The notes beneath the pieces were generated by a model. That model made no database searches, was not told where the DNA came from, and saw nothing but the letters and a program-made list of their open reading frames with translations. From Thermoplasmata archaeon (GTDB taxonomy: Archaea; Thermoplasmatota; Thermoplasmata; Lutacidiplasmatales; UBA184), in assembly GCA_035656255.1 (NCBI GenBank), contig DASRSV010000030.1, forward strand, positions 1,338 through 65,337: a DNA stretch of 64,000 nucleotides, given 5' to 3'. The number at the start of each line of letters is the position of its first letter. The stretch's first letter is position 1. This document shows, one piece after another, positions 37,803 through 47,225 of the stretch. Made by a program: the position numbers and the translations under genes.

Positions 37803-37903
37803 CTACCGTCCCCGAGGAGCGTTTGCAGCGGGAGTAGCTCGTTGTCCGGGCGATTTCGCTCCCTTCCGTCAATAGTGTATCCATATCATCCAGTTACAGC
37901 GGG

Positions 37904-37921
37904 CGAATCCGCTCGGGGCTA
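37904..37921 (+). repeat. Duplicated tRNA-Gln 3' end (attR or target-site duplication)
   Basis: Exact 18-nt match to 34652-34669, with ACAGCGG also shared just upstream. Confidence 0.85.
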
Positions 37922-38231
37922 CGGCCCTCGCGGGGGCACTCCTCCTCATACGAACCCCCGCTGCCCAGTGGGCTGGCTCTCGATCTCACGCGTTGTGCGG
38001 GCGATTGGGAGTCTCGCGGCTCGGGGTCGAGGGGACGACCCGCCCTGGCCCGGACGACCCCCCACCGGAACGTGTCCCGATAGGGGTCGGCAGACGTCCG
38101 TGCTCTCGGCCCTGCCCTCGGGAGGTTGCGCGCGGGGGATCCGCGGCCGGACGCGATCCGCTCTAGGATCGACCTCCCCGGTCCGGGGCGAGCTGCCCTC
38201 CGCGGCGTGGGGGGCGGGTCCTATGTGACCG

Positions 38232-39251
38232 TCAAGGATGTGTGACGCGGAATCCGGCGTTGCCGGCCGTCGCGCCGTTGAACGTCGCGGCCGCACGGAA
38301 TCCGTGCAGGTAGCCGCCGCTGACGGACTCGGTCAAGATCCCGAAGGACACGATGAACCAGTAGCGATGACTGGAGTTCAACGTCCAGTTGTGCCAGACG
38401 TCGCAGTACGTGTATGCGATCGCCAGGCAGTTGTCGCCGGGGGTGAGCGTCAGGGAGCCGTTCCCGACCGCGACGCCGCTGGCCGGAACACAACTCCCGA
38501 GCCCGAGCTCGCCGGGAAAGCGAAAGGATTGCACGAAGTCAGGACAAGCGTAGGTAAAGTTGGCCGAGGCGCACCCCGTTCGATAGCACCACGTGTAATT
38601 CTCGACGCCGCTCGCGTTCCCCGGCCCGTACCAATAGTCGAGCAGGCTGCTGAGCGAAGTGGCATTCGTCTGGTCGAAGAGCGAGATGTTCACCCAAGCG
38701 TACGACTGCACCCCCGCCGCGCAGTAGGATTGCGCCCGTGTATGGTTGGTCGGCTTCTGTGCGAGCGGACAGCTCTGGGTTCCTCCGATGGATACGTCCA
38801 CCGTATAGCCATACGAGAACGAAACCCGGAGCGAGTGGGCCGCGCTGTTCGCGATCCGAACCGGGACGAGCAGCGTGCCGAAGGAGCGGGCCAGGGCGAA
38901 GGCCCCGGCGTTCCTCCGCGTCGTCGGGGTGGTGCACCCGCTCAGCCCCGCGTGAGCGTATCCATGGATACCGGCGGTCTTGGGCGACCAGTCGACATGG
39001 CGGAGTGCGGTCGAGGCGCGACACGGGCCGCTCTCAAAGAGCTCCGCGGCGAAACTGGCCCGTGCGCCTTTCAGGGAGGTCACGGGCCCGGTCGGTGCCG
39101 TCGCCCCGGCGAGCGATGCGGCGACCGTGCTCAGGGCGACGAGCGTGGAGAACCCGGCGATGGCTGAGGTCCGATTCCGACGGAGCCGTGGGCGCGACGA
39201 GCGGAGAGAGCTCGGCTTCCCGCGTCCGATGGTCGAGCCATGAACGCGCAC
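38232..39251 (-). CDS. Secreted Cys-patterned beta-rich protein (copy 2, C-terminus frameshifted)
   Basis: Signal peptide, WSPKTAG, FDQTN, TLNSSHRYW, NGATAGNAG; TTTATA at 39287-39292 upstream of GTG 39251. Confidence 0.78.
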   Translation of the reverse strand: MRVHGSTIGRGKPSSLRSSRPRLRRNRTSAIAGFSTLVALSTVAASLAGATAPTGPVTSLKGARASFAAELFESGPCRASTALRHVDWSPKTAGIHGYAHAGLSGCTTPTTRRNAGAFALARSFGTLLVPVRIANSAAHSLRVSFSYGYTVDVSIGGTQSCPLAQKPTNHTRAQSYCAAGVQSYAWVNISLFDQTNATSLSSLLDYWYGPGNASGVENYTWCYRTGCASANFTYACPDFVQSFRFPGELGLGSCVPASGVAVGNGSLTLTPGDNCLAIAYTYCDVWHNWTLNSSHRYWFIVSFGILTESVSGGYLHGFRAAATFNGATAGNAGFRVTHP

Positions 39252-39431
39252 CCGTTCGGCCCGCGGCGTTTGAGGCGAGTGTTGTGTATAAACCTCGACT
39301 AGTCCGCGTGCGGAAACACGGCCGCAGGAGTGCACTCCAGCGTCGAGATCAATGTCGCGGCTGGCCGGTCTGCCCGTCGTCTGGCTGAACGGACGGACTC
39401 GGGCCGGGCCCTCACCGAATGTGGACAACGC

Positions 39432-39917
39432 CTACCGGGAGAGGTCGACCACCCGAGCCCGTTCTCGAGTCTGACCCCGCGGCTTTGAGCGTCGTCCCGC
39501 GCGCTCTTCCGTTGCTGTTGGCCAACGAAAGACTTCCACCCAATTCCCGTCGGGATCTTTTACGCAGGCCATCCAACCTCCGGTCTTCTGGGGAGTGACG
39601 GAGGTGGGTCGCGCCCCGCCTCGCAACAGTCGCTCATAGACCCGAACCAGTCTTGCCGGCGGCGCACGGCCGAGCGCGAATCCAATGTGGTCGAGCGCCT
39701 CCCCCGGGCGGTACCTCACCCCGAACCTCGAGCCGGGGGGATACCAGTTGAGCTCGAGTCTTGCTTTCGACTTGGGATCCTGCAGCCCCACCCAGATTCC
39801 GCGGCCGAAATCGCGAAGGTCTCCGCGAATGACCTCCCGGAGGCCGAGCACGCGGGTGTAGAAGCGGAGGGAACGTCGGAGATCTGAGACGCGGATCCCC
39901 ACGTAATGCAACTGCAT
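39432..39917 (-). CDS. VOC/glyoxalase family protein
   Basis: GIRVSDLRRSLRFY..VLG, LELNWY, DHIGF, KDPDGNWVE. Confidence 0.88.
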   Translation of the reverse strand: MQLHYVGIRVSDLRRSLRFYTRVLGLREVIRGDLRDFGRGIWVGLQDPKSKARLELNWYPPGSRFGVRYRPGEALDHIGFALGRAPPARLVRVYERLLRGGARPTSVTPQKTGGWMACVKDPDGNWVEVFRWPTATEERAGRRSKPRGQTRERARVVDLSR

Positions 39918-40114
39918 GAACCGAAGAGGTCCGCGGGGAATATCAGCCCGCGATGATCGTCGTTGCCCTGTGCGGAGCATTAGTAACATCCCCCTGTTGC
40001 TCCCCGTCGGTCCGTCCGGCCGGCCGATGCGGCCAGCGGCACGAAGCGACAGGGTCTCCCATCTCTTGTCCGCTTGAGACGCATCCGCTCAGGCCTATGC
40101 CCGCACGGAAGGCG

Positions 40115-40933
40115 TCAGGCGGCCGCCGGTCTCCGCACCCAGGCTTGGAACATTCGAGGTCCCGAGATCAGAGATTGCGGGTCCTCGGTGAATCCGGCGA
40201 GATCCTCCAAGGCGGACCGCAGTTCGGACGGGGTCGCGACGCCCGCGGCGAGGATCGCTTCGCTCGATGCCTCGAGGGTCGACCACGCCAGGGATTTCGC
40301 CTCTCCCTCGTAGCGCATCGGTTGCACGAAGCCGAACTGCGCTTCGGGGATCCCCACGTCGCGAAAGTATCGGCGAAGCTTTCTGCCCGCCGTCGGATCC
40401 CCGCCGTGCCGTCGCAGGACCTCGCTGTAGGCACGGACGAAGAAGGCGAATCCTTCGTTAGGCGGGTCACAGAACCATCCCTCAAAGTCGGCGTCCTCGA
40501 TCGCGAGCACCCCGCCGGCTCGCGCCGCCGTCCACATGCGGTGAACGAGGGCGATCGGATCGAGCAGATGTTGCACGAGCGCCCGCGAGTAGACGAGGTC
40601 GAACGCGTCGGGATCGTCCCATCGATTCACATCCATCCGGAGGAACTCGACGTTGCGAATCCCGCGCGTCGCCGCGGCCGCGCGCGCGAGTTCGAGGTTG
40701 ACGTCGTTCATGTCGATGCCCGTTGCCGAGCCCCCGGGACCGACGATTTCGGCCAGACCGAGGGTGACCTCTCCGCTCCCGCATCCGAGGTCGAGGCACT
40801 TCATTCCCGGGCGTACACCCGTCCGCTGGAACATTGCCGCCGTATCCGGCCATCGATCCCGGGCCAGCACGAGGAGACGATCGTACCCGGCCCGGCCCCC
40901 ACGGAGCACATACTTCTTGGGCTTCGAGTCCAT
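40115..40933 (-). CDS. Class I SAM-dependent methyltransferase
   Basis: CLDLGCGSG, GIDMN, FDLVYSR, GGVLAIED. Confidence 0.9.
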   Translation of the reverse strand: MDSKPKKYVLRGGRAGYDRLLVLARDRWPDTAAMFQRTGVRPGMKCLDLGCGSGEVTLGLAEIVGPGGSATGIDMNDVNLELARAAAATRGIRNVEFLRMDVNRWDDPDAFDLVYSRALVQHLLDPIALVHRMWTAARAGGVLAIEDADFEGWFCDPPNEGFAFFVRAYSEVLRRHGGDPTAGRKLRRYFRDVGIPEAQFGFVQPMRYEGEAKSLAWSTLEASSEAILAAGVATPSELRSALEDLAGFTEDPQSLISGPRMFQAWVRRPAAA

Positions 40934-41313
40934 CCGCGCACCTCTCGGCCGGTCTCGTGACCGACTCAAAAGGCCGCGGGTGGAGAGTGTGTGGGCGCTC
41001 GGCCGACGATCTCACGGCCGTCGGGCTGAACCCCGGCGGCAGTCCCTTGCCTCCGCCCGGCCGCGGTCGCCGGGGCGGTACGGGATCGGTGCCGAACTCC
41101 GATCGGACCCCCCTTTTCCGAACTCCGCGAGCGGGTGGCTTCGAGGTCAGCGAAGCTCACGACCGGTCCGGACCCTCCCCGGGACGCGGCGGGGCTCGCG
41201 CGGGCCGACAAAATCGGTGGCGAGCGGCCTCGTATCGCCCGGGCCGGTGGACGAGCCCCTGAACGACCCCGCGACCCGCGCTCGATAAGAAACGGCGACG
41301 TTCGATTCGGATC

Positions 41314-42270
41314 ATGAGTGCTGCGCCGCGGATTCGTCAGTGGCTCGCCGGCCCGAGCGCCGACCCGAGCGTCCGGCTGCGCTACTGGTCGGAGGTCGAG
41401 GGGCGACCCGCGTCGGACGCCCGGGTCCGCTCTGCCCGGAGATCGATCGGCCGCCTTGGATGGGCCGCCGAGCTCCTTTCGCGCCAGTTCCCCGACGGGC
41501 ACTGGGTCACTCGAGGCTCGACCGGTCGGGAGCTCTACCGGCCGAAGTACATCGCCACCAATTGGTGCGCCATCGTGCTCGGCGACCTCGGAATGACCCG
41601 GGACGACCGCAGGATCCGCCGTGCCGCGGAACTGATCCTCTCACGGTGGCGCCGCGACCTCCACGGAAGGGGCGCCGAGATCTGTATCACCGGCAATGCC
41701 GTTCGGACGCTGATCCGGTTCGGCTACCTGGAGCACGCCACCGTCCAGCGGTCGATCGACTGGATCGTCGATGCGCAGAAGGCGGACGGAGGGTGGCACT
41801 GCTTCCCCTCGCGGAGAGGTACGCTCGACGGGTGGGAGGGACTGGCCGCCCTGGCCGAGATCCCCGAGGCGAGAAGGAACGGGTCGGTGCGGCGCTCGAT
41901 CGAGCGCGGGGCGGAGTTCTTCCTGAGTCGGCACCTGATGGAGGAGGGTCGCGAGCGGTACGGCCCGTGGTTCCGCATCCACTATCCGAACCACTACTAC
42001 TACGACGTCCTCGTGGGGCTCCGGATCCTGACCCGCCTCGGGTACGGGTCGGACCCAAGGCTCGAACCCGCCCTTGACTGGCTCACGTCGAAGCGACGGC
42101 CGGACGGGACGTGGGCTTTGGACACCGATCATCCGGATATCGACGTCCGCCTCGCCGACTACGCCCCGCAACTCCCGGTCTTCCCGATGCGGTTGGAAAC
42201 GCCGAACGAACCGAGCCGGTGGGCCACGGTCGAGGCGTTGAGCGTCCTCGCCCGGCGGGTACGGTCCTAG
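41314..42270 (+). CDS. Prenyltransferase/squalene-cyclase-like alpha-alpha barrel protein
   Basis: QW-type repeats QFPDGHW, QKADGGW, RRPDGTW; PKY..TNW, EICITGN, YYYD.L. Confidence 0.75.
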   Translation: MSAAPRIRQWLAGPSADPSVRLRYWSEVEGRPASDARVRSARRSIGRLGWAAELLSRQFPDGHWVTRGSTGRELYRPKYIATNWCAIVLGDLGMTRDDRRIRRAAELILSRWRRDLHGRGAEICITGNAVRTLIRFGYLEHATVQRSIDWIVDAQKADGGWHCFPSRRGTLDGWEGLAALAEIPEARRNGSVRRSIERGAEFFLSRHLMEEGRERYGPWFRIHYPNHYYYDVLVGLRILTRLGYGSDPRLEPALDWLTSKRRPDGTWALDTDHPDIDVRLADYAPQLPVFPMRLETPNEPSRWATVEALSVLARRVRS

Positions 42271-42355
42271 GCGGTCCCCCGACTTCCGTCCGTTCGGGCG
42301 CCGCGTCCCTCCCAGGGACCCCGTTATCCGCGGCTCTCCGCTCCTCGTCGGACGG

Positions 42356-43060
42356 ATGGTGTCCGACCCCTCGGCGGAGCCGGCGCCCTCGCTGCTCCGC
42401 GTCACCGTACGTCGGTCGATCGTCGCCGGGCGGATCTATCTCGCCATCGGGGCCGGCGTTTCGGTCCTGATCGGCAGCGCCCTCAGTCTCACGGCGGGCG
42501 CCGGTCTGTCGCTCGGGTTCCCGCTCCTGTTCCCGGTCTACGCCACGGTGGGAGGCATCGGAGGCCTGATGGTGTTCACCGACGACCGGATCAAGGGCGT
42601 CCTCGAGTATCTCATGGCGTACGGGGTCTCCCCGCGTCGCCTCTTCGTCAACGTTCTCATTTCGGCGATGGTCCTGGTCTCGATCGTCCTCACCCTCTCG
42701 GTCGGGACCGCGCTGGGTCTGCTCGTCGGCCGGGGGCTTACGATACCCCCGGTCCTCCTCGAGGTGCTGGTCGTCTATTCGATACCGATGACCTTCGCCT
42801 CGGTCGCGTTCGCCGCAACGGTCGGGATGTTCTGGACCTCCCTCTCCTCCCCCCGCGAGGGGATGAACAGTCCGGCGGGCCTGGCCCCGATCCTCGGGGT
42901 GGGACCGCCCGTCCTCACGCTCATCGCGGTCGGCCTCGCCCCGGCCGATTTTCTGACGGTTCTCGCCGGGGCGGTGCTCGCCATGGTCGTTCTCGTCACG
43001 CTCCTCGTGAACAACGTCAACCGCCTGCTGCCGCGGGAGCGACTGCTCTCGCCGGCGTAG
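42356..43060 (+). CDS. ABC-2 type exporter permease
   Basis: About six TM helices, DRIKGVLEYLMAYGVS; adjacent ATPase. Confidence 0.8.
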   Translation: MVSDPSAEPAPSLLRVTVRRSIVAGRIYLAIGAGVSVLIGSALSLTAGAGLSLGFPLLFPVYATVGGIGGLMVFTDDRIKGVLEYLMAYGVSPRRLFVNVLISAMVLVSIVLTLSVGTALGLLVGRGLTIPPVLLEVLVVYSIPMTFASVAFAATVGMFWTSLSSPREGMNSPAGLAPILGVGPPVLTLIAVGLAPADFLTVLAGAVLAMVVLVTLLVNNVNRLLPRERLLSPA

Positions 43061-43076
43061 CCGGGGGCTCGGATCC

Positions 43077-43973
43077 TTGGAAGTGTCGACGCCGCTCACC
43101 GGCGGTTCCACGGGCACCGCTTCCGGTGGGGCCGAACTCGAATGCCGCTCCGTGAGCTCGGGCTATCTGGGCCATCGAGTACTGGAGAACATCTCGTTCA
43201 CGATCGACGCTCCGTCGGTCTACGTCGTGCTCGGCCCGAACGGTGCGGGGAAGACCACCCTATTCCGCACGCTCGCGGGGATACTCCCTCCCATGTCGGG
43301 GGAGGTGTTGATCGACGGAACCCCCGTCGCGCACCAAGCTTCGAGGAACCGGATGCACTACCTGTCGCACATGGATGGCATCCCGTCGGGACTGAAGGTC
43401 CGCGAGGCGCTCGACTACTACGCCCACGTCGAGCGGGCCGCTCCGGCGGACGTCGATCGAGTCCTCGACCTCCTCGACCTGCGGGAGCTCCGCGGGAAGT
43501 TCCTCTCCCAGCTGAGCCAAGGACAACGCAAGCGCGTCTCGGTCGCCCGCGTGTTCCTGCGCGACCGGGCGATCTACCTCCTCGACGAGCCGACGAGCAA
43601 CCTCGACCCGAAGCTCGCCCGGGAGATCCGGTCGCTCATCCTCGAGCTGAGCCGCGAGAAGATCGTCCTCTACTCGTCCCACAACCTCTACGAGGCGCGC
43701 GAGATCGGCCGTCACGTCCTGGCCGTACGCGACGGGAAGCTCGCGCTCTTCGACCGGATCGAGAATCTGCGCAGCGCGAAGTTCATCGTGGGGATCCGCG
43801 TGCTCGAACCGAACGACGCGCTGGACGACTACTCCCGCCAGGGCGACTACTTCCTCAAGGAGCTCGCCGGCCCGGCAGAGGTTCCTTCGCTGATCCGCGA
43901 ACTGGAATCCCGCGGCGTGAAGATCCGCGAACTCCGCGAGATGGAGAATCCGCTCGAGGATCTCTTCACCTGA
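43077..43973 (+). CDS. ABC transporter ATP-binding protein
   Basis: GPNGAGKTT, LSQGQ, LLDEPT, SSH. Confidence 0.93.
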   Translation: MEVSTPLTGGSTGTASGGAELECRSVSSGYLGHRVLENISFTIDAPSVYVVLGPNGAGKTTLFRTLAGILPPMSGEVLIDGTPVAHQASRNRMHYLSHMDGIPSGLKVREALDYYAHVERAAPADVDRVLDLLDLRELRGKFLSQLSQGQRKRVSVARVFLRDRAIYLLDEPTSNLDPKLAREIRSLILELSREKIVLYSSHNLYEAREIGRHVLAVRDGKLALFDRIENLRSAKFIVGIRVLEPNDALDDYSRQGDYFLKELAGPAEVPSLIRELESRGVKIRELREMENPLEDLFT

Positions 43974-44034
43974 TCCGCCCGAGCTTCGAGTGCCTACACC
44001 GGCTGTCGATTCCGGACCCCCGCGCGTCCGAGGT

Positions 44035-44613
44035 CTAGCGGCCGCGCGCGAGTTCCCGATACCGGAAGCAGCCGGTCAGATGGTCGTTTACCATTCCGAC
44101 CGCCTGCATGTGGGCGTAGACCACGGTGGAGCCGACGAACCGGAAGCCGCGCTGCTTGAGGTCCGCACTGAATCGGTCGGACTCGTCGGTGGTCGCCGGT
44201 AGCTCCCGCATCGACCGCCATCGGTTCACCTTCGGGCGACCCCCGACGAACGGCCAGCAGTAGGCGTCGAAGCTGCCGAACTCCCGCTGGACCTCGAGGA
44301 ACCGCTGGGCGTTGGAGACCGCGGCCTCCACTTTCAATCGGTTGCGCACGATCGCGGGATTCTTCAACAGCGTTCGGACCTTCGCGGTCGTGAACCGAGC
44401 GACCCGCGACGGGTCGAACCCTTCGAACGCCGCGCGGAACCCATCGCGCTTGTGGAGCACCACCGACCAACTGAGCCCTGCCTGGGCCGCTTCTAGCACC
44501 AGAAACTCGTAGTGGCGGGCGTCGTCGTGGGAGGGGACGCCCCACTCGGTATCGTGGTAGCTCACCATCTGGGGGTCGTCCGAATTCGCCCACGCGCACC
44601 GAATCTTCGGCAT
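44035..44613 (-). CDS. tag: DNA-3-methyladenine glycosylase I
   Basis: RCAWA, YHDTEWG, LEAAQAGLSW, IVRNRLK, GFRFVGST, MVNDHLTGC. Confidence 0.95.
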   Translation of the reverse strand: MPKIRCAWANSDDPQMVSYHDTEWGVPSHDDARHYEFLVLEAAQAGLSWSVVLHKRDGFRAAFEGFDPSRVARFTTAKVRTLLKNPAIVRNRLKVEAAVSNAQRFLEVQREFGSFDAYCWPFVGGRPKVNRWRSMRELPATTDESDRFSADLKQRGFRFVGSTVVYAHMQAVGMVNDHLTGCFRYRELARGR

Positions 44614-44739
44614 CGGTCCCGAGGCCGGCCCCAGTCCGCGACTCCGTAATCAGTTCGACTCGTCTCGCAGAGCCGGACCCGAAGCGTCGGTACTGGTTCG
44701 CTCGGGAAGCATCATCTGCGGGCCAGGACTCGGAGGAAG

Positions 44740-46239
44740 GTGATCGCGCCGACGGAGCGACCATCCTCGCCCGGCTACGCCCTCGTTCAGGACTCGCGTC
44801 GATCCGAACCCTCCGGCGTCTCCGAGGGTGCCCGGCGAGGATTACTCACGATGGCGGTGCTGCTCGCGTCGTCGCTCCTCGTGCTCTCCGCTACGAGCAC
44901 GACGGGGTCCTCTACGGACCGCTCCGTCCCGGGCGGCCCCGACCGCTCCTCGCTCCACTTCTCCCCGTCCTTGGCCATCTACTCGAGCTCCACGATCAAC
45001 TACACGAGCTCCGTGGACGGATTCCTGCTGAGCTATGTGGAGACGCTCCCCGCCGGGTTCAACAAGTCCCGCACCTACCCGCTCGCGGTCGAGCTCCACG
45101 GACTTACCGGCGAAACCGTCCCGATCTCGGGCGGCCTCCCGAGCTACGTGGTGCCGACGACCGCCCAGGCAGCGGCGGCCGCGGGATTCATCCTCCTGAA
45201 TCCGAACACGCGGACCGGCTCCGGGTGGTACATCAATTCGAACTACACGGGGCCGCAGGAGCAGGACATCCTGGACGCGATCGCGATGGAGCGGACCGTC
45301 CGCCACATCGGCTCCGTCTACCTCTTCGGCGAAAGTATGGGCTCCATCGGGACGCTCGAGATCGGCCTCGACCACCCGCACCTGTTCCGCGGCCTCGGCG
45401 CGATCGCCAGCTTCTCGGACTTCTTCGAGATGTACGACTACCTCAACTCGACGGCGTACTCCTACCTCACGCAGTTCATGCTGCTTCCGAGTGGCGGCGC
45501 TCTGCCCAACGCCTCCGCGTACGCTCGCGGGATCTTCGTGCACCTCTCCTCGCTTCGGTTCCACCCGCAGAATCTGAGCGGGCAGCGGCTCTATGTGGCG
45601 AACGGAGCGCAGGACGTGCTCGCGTCGAACAACCTCTCCCTCTGGCCGTATCAGCAGGAGAACAACACCCTCGTGAACCGCACGTGCCTCACGAGCACGA
45701 CGTTCGCCGAGCCGTCGAACTGCACGACCCCCGTCGGGGCCCTCGCGGCGCTCCACCCAGGGCAGTTCGCCTACCGTTACGTCTTCGAGCCGAACGGACC
45801 CCACGATTACTACCTGATGAACGCCTCCGACATGTTCGCGTTCTGGCTTGGCCAGCGTCCCTCGGGAACGTATTGGGGTCACTGGCCGATCCCGACGCTG
45901 GTCGCCCCGCCCCAACCGATCGTGACGGTCGCGACGTTCCCCTGGGGGTGCGGCGCCGTCCGGGTCGGAGGCCACGCGCTTCACTCGGGCGACGTCCTCG
46001 TGACGAAGCCAGGGAACTACTCGATGCGGATCCGCTCGTGCGGGAACCTTTCCGTTCGCGCGGTACGCGCGAACGGGGGGCTCAGATGGCACGGGCTCAC
46101 GATGACGCTCTCGGTGAATGGCAGCGGAGCGATCGTCGTGACGTTCACCTCGCCGGGCCGGGGTCGGGGGGCCGGTCGGTTCGCCGATCGCGGACCCAAG
46201 CGGAGCTCGTGCGGGCTTAGGCGATTATCACCTGGGTAA
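44740..46239 (+). CDS. Secreted alpha/beta hydrolase (esterase or peptidase)
   Basis: Signal-like helix, YPLAVELHG, nucleophile elbow GESMG, GAQD, GPH; start uncertain. Confidence 0.8.
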   Translation: MIAPTERPSSPGYALVQDSRRSEPSGVSEGARRGLLTMAVLLASSLLVLSATSTTGSSTDRSVPGGPDRSSLHFSPSLAIYSSSTINYTSSVDGFLLSYVETLPAGFNKSRTYPLAVELHGLTGETVPISGGLPSYVVPTTAQAAAAAGFILLNPNTRTGSGWYINSNYTGPQEQDILDAIAMERTVRHIGSVYLFGESMGSIGTLEIGLDHPHLFRGLGAIASFSDFFEMYDYLNSTAYSYLTQFMLLPSGGALPNASAYARGIFVHLSSLRFHPQNLSGQRLYVANGAQDVLASNNLSLWPYQQENNTLVNRTCLTSTTFAEPSNCTTPVGALAALHPGQFAYRYVFEPNGPHDYYLMNASDMFAFWLGQRPSGTYWGHWPIPTLVAPPQPIVTVATFPWGCGAVRVGGHALHSGDVLVTKPGNYSMRIRSCGNLSVRAVRANGGLRWHGLTMTLSVNGSGAIVVTFTSPGRGRGAGRFADRGPKRSSCGLRRLSPG

Positions 46240-47131
46240 GGTCGACCGCGTTCGGTCCCGACCCGAAGTCGATCGAGGCGAGGGCGGACCCGGCCGCAGG
46301 CGCTACCCGGGTGAAGTTCAGGCTCGAAGTGTCGACCTGGGCGAAGCCGGTCGTCAGGAAGTAGGTGACGAGCTCCCAGCTGTGGGTCGCGTTCGGCGCG
46401 CCGATCGCGAAGCGGTAGGTGAAGGTGGAGGAGCCGTTGCGCGCCACGGACGCCCCGGTCGTCGTGAGGGAGTGGGTGCACGTGGGAGCGCAGGAGACTA
46501 GCTTGGACTGGGAGGAGTAATTGTACAAGCTCGGGAAGAGGGCGCTCGACGACCCGTAGTACCGGCCGGCCGTGGCGTCCGCGACCAGGCTCAGCAGCTC
46601 CATCGAAGCCGAGGCCGTAACGCGGCACGACAGGTAGCCGAACGAGGCACTCGGAGCCAGGCGACCGCTGCAGAGGTGGACCGCGGAGAGGGAAACGTTC
46701 TCCGTCCATCGGAACGACCAGCTCGCGTTCACCCAGGCCGTCGACGCGTTCGGGGGTAGCCGGAGCGGCAGGACCACGTACCAGCTTTGACCCCAAGAAG
46801 CAACCGAATCGGTCCCGGTCCCGGGGGCGTAGGCTCGGCAGCCGTGAGCCTCGGCGACGCCGCCCGCCACGCCGACACCCGAGGAAGGGAACCATCGCGG
46901 CGAGGACGTGGACCACGAGCCCGCGCATCCACTCGAGAATTGGTATGACGCCCAGACGACTCCGGCGTGGCGGTACGGAGCAGTCGCGCCGGCCGCGCCT
47001 CCGAGGGGGGCGACCAAGACGGCAACCCCCACCGCTGCGCCGAACCGGACCGCGGGACGACCCCAAGAGGCGACGCGGAGGCGGACCGGTCCGGGACCCT
47101 CGGCTCGAGGCCGCCTCCCGGGAAAGCGCAT
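46217..47131 (-). CDS. Secreted Cys-patterned beta-rich protein (copy 3)
   Basis: Signal peptide, APYRHA, SGC, WFPSSG, AHGC, NATHSW, terminal strand LTQVIIA. Confidence 0.72.
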   Translation of the reverse strand: MRFPGRRPRAEGPGPVRLRVASWGRPAVRFGAAVGVAVLVAPLGGAAGATAPYRHAGVVWASYQFSSGCAGSWSTSSPRWFPSSGVGVAGGVAEAHGCRAYAPGTGTDSVASWGQSWYVVLPLRLPPNASTAWVNASWSFRWTENVSLSAVHLCSGRLAPSASFGYLSCRVTASASMELLSLVADATAGRYYGSSSALFPSLYNYSSQSKLVSCAPTCTHSLTTTGASVARNGSSTFTYRFAIGAPNATHSWELVTYFLTTGFAQVDTSSLNFTRVAPAAGSALASIDFGSGPNAVDLTQVIIA

Positions 47132-47225
47132 TACGAGCCCCCTACCGCGCCCTGCGCTTAACGAGCGCCGCGGCGCCGGCGCGCCGACCGACTGTTTCTT
47201 AGTTGGTGAGCGCTTTCGCGGCTCG

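Larger units (their letters stand above)
34652..37921. mobile_element. Degraded integrative islet at the tRNA-Gln 3' end (possible casposon relic)
   Basis: 18-bp direct repeat CGAATCCGCTCGGGGCTA at 34652-34669 and 37904-37921; interior visibly more AT-rich; Cas1-like remnant inside. Confidence 0.75.

Noticed and set aside
37860..37903. Casposon terminal inverted repeat
   Set aside because: The sequence before the right repeat is not the reverse complement of the sequence after the tRNA
34670..38230. CRISPR array near the Cas1-like fragment
   Set aside because: No regularly spaced repeats with unique spacers; only two or three irregular degenerate copies of a tRNA-tail motif
40934..41313. 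Gene or ncRNA in the 380-nt divergent gap
   Set aside because: No convincing ORF, repeat or recognisable RNA motif
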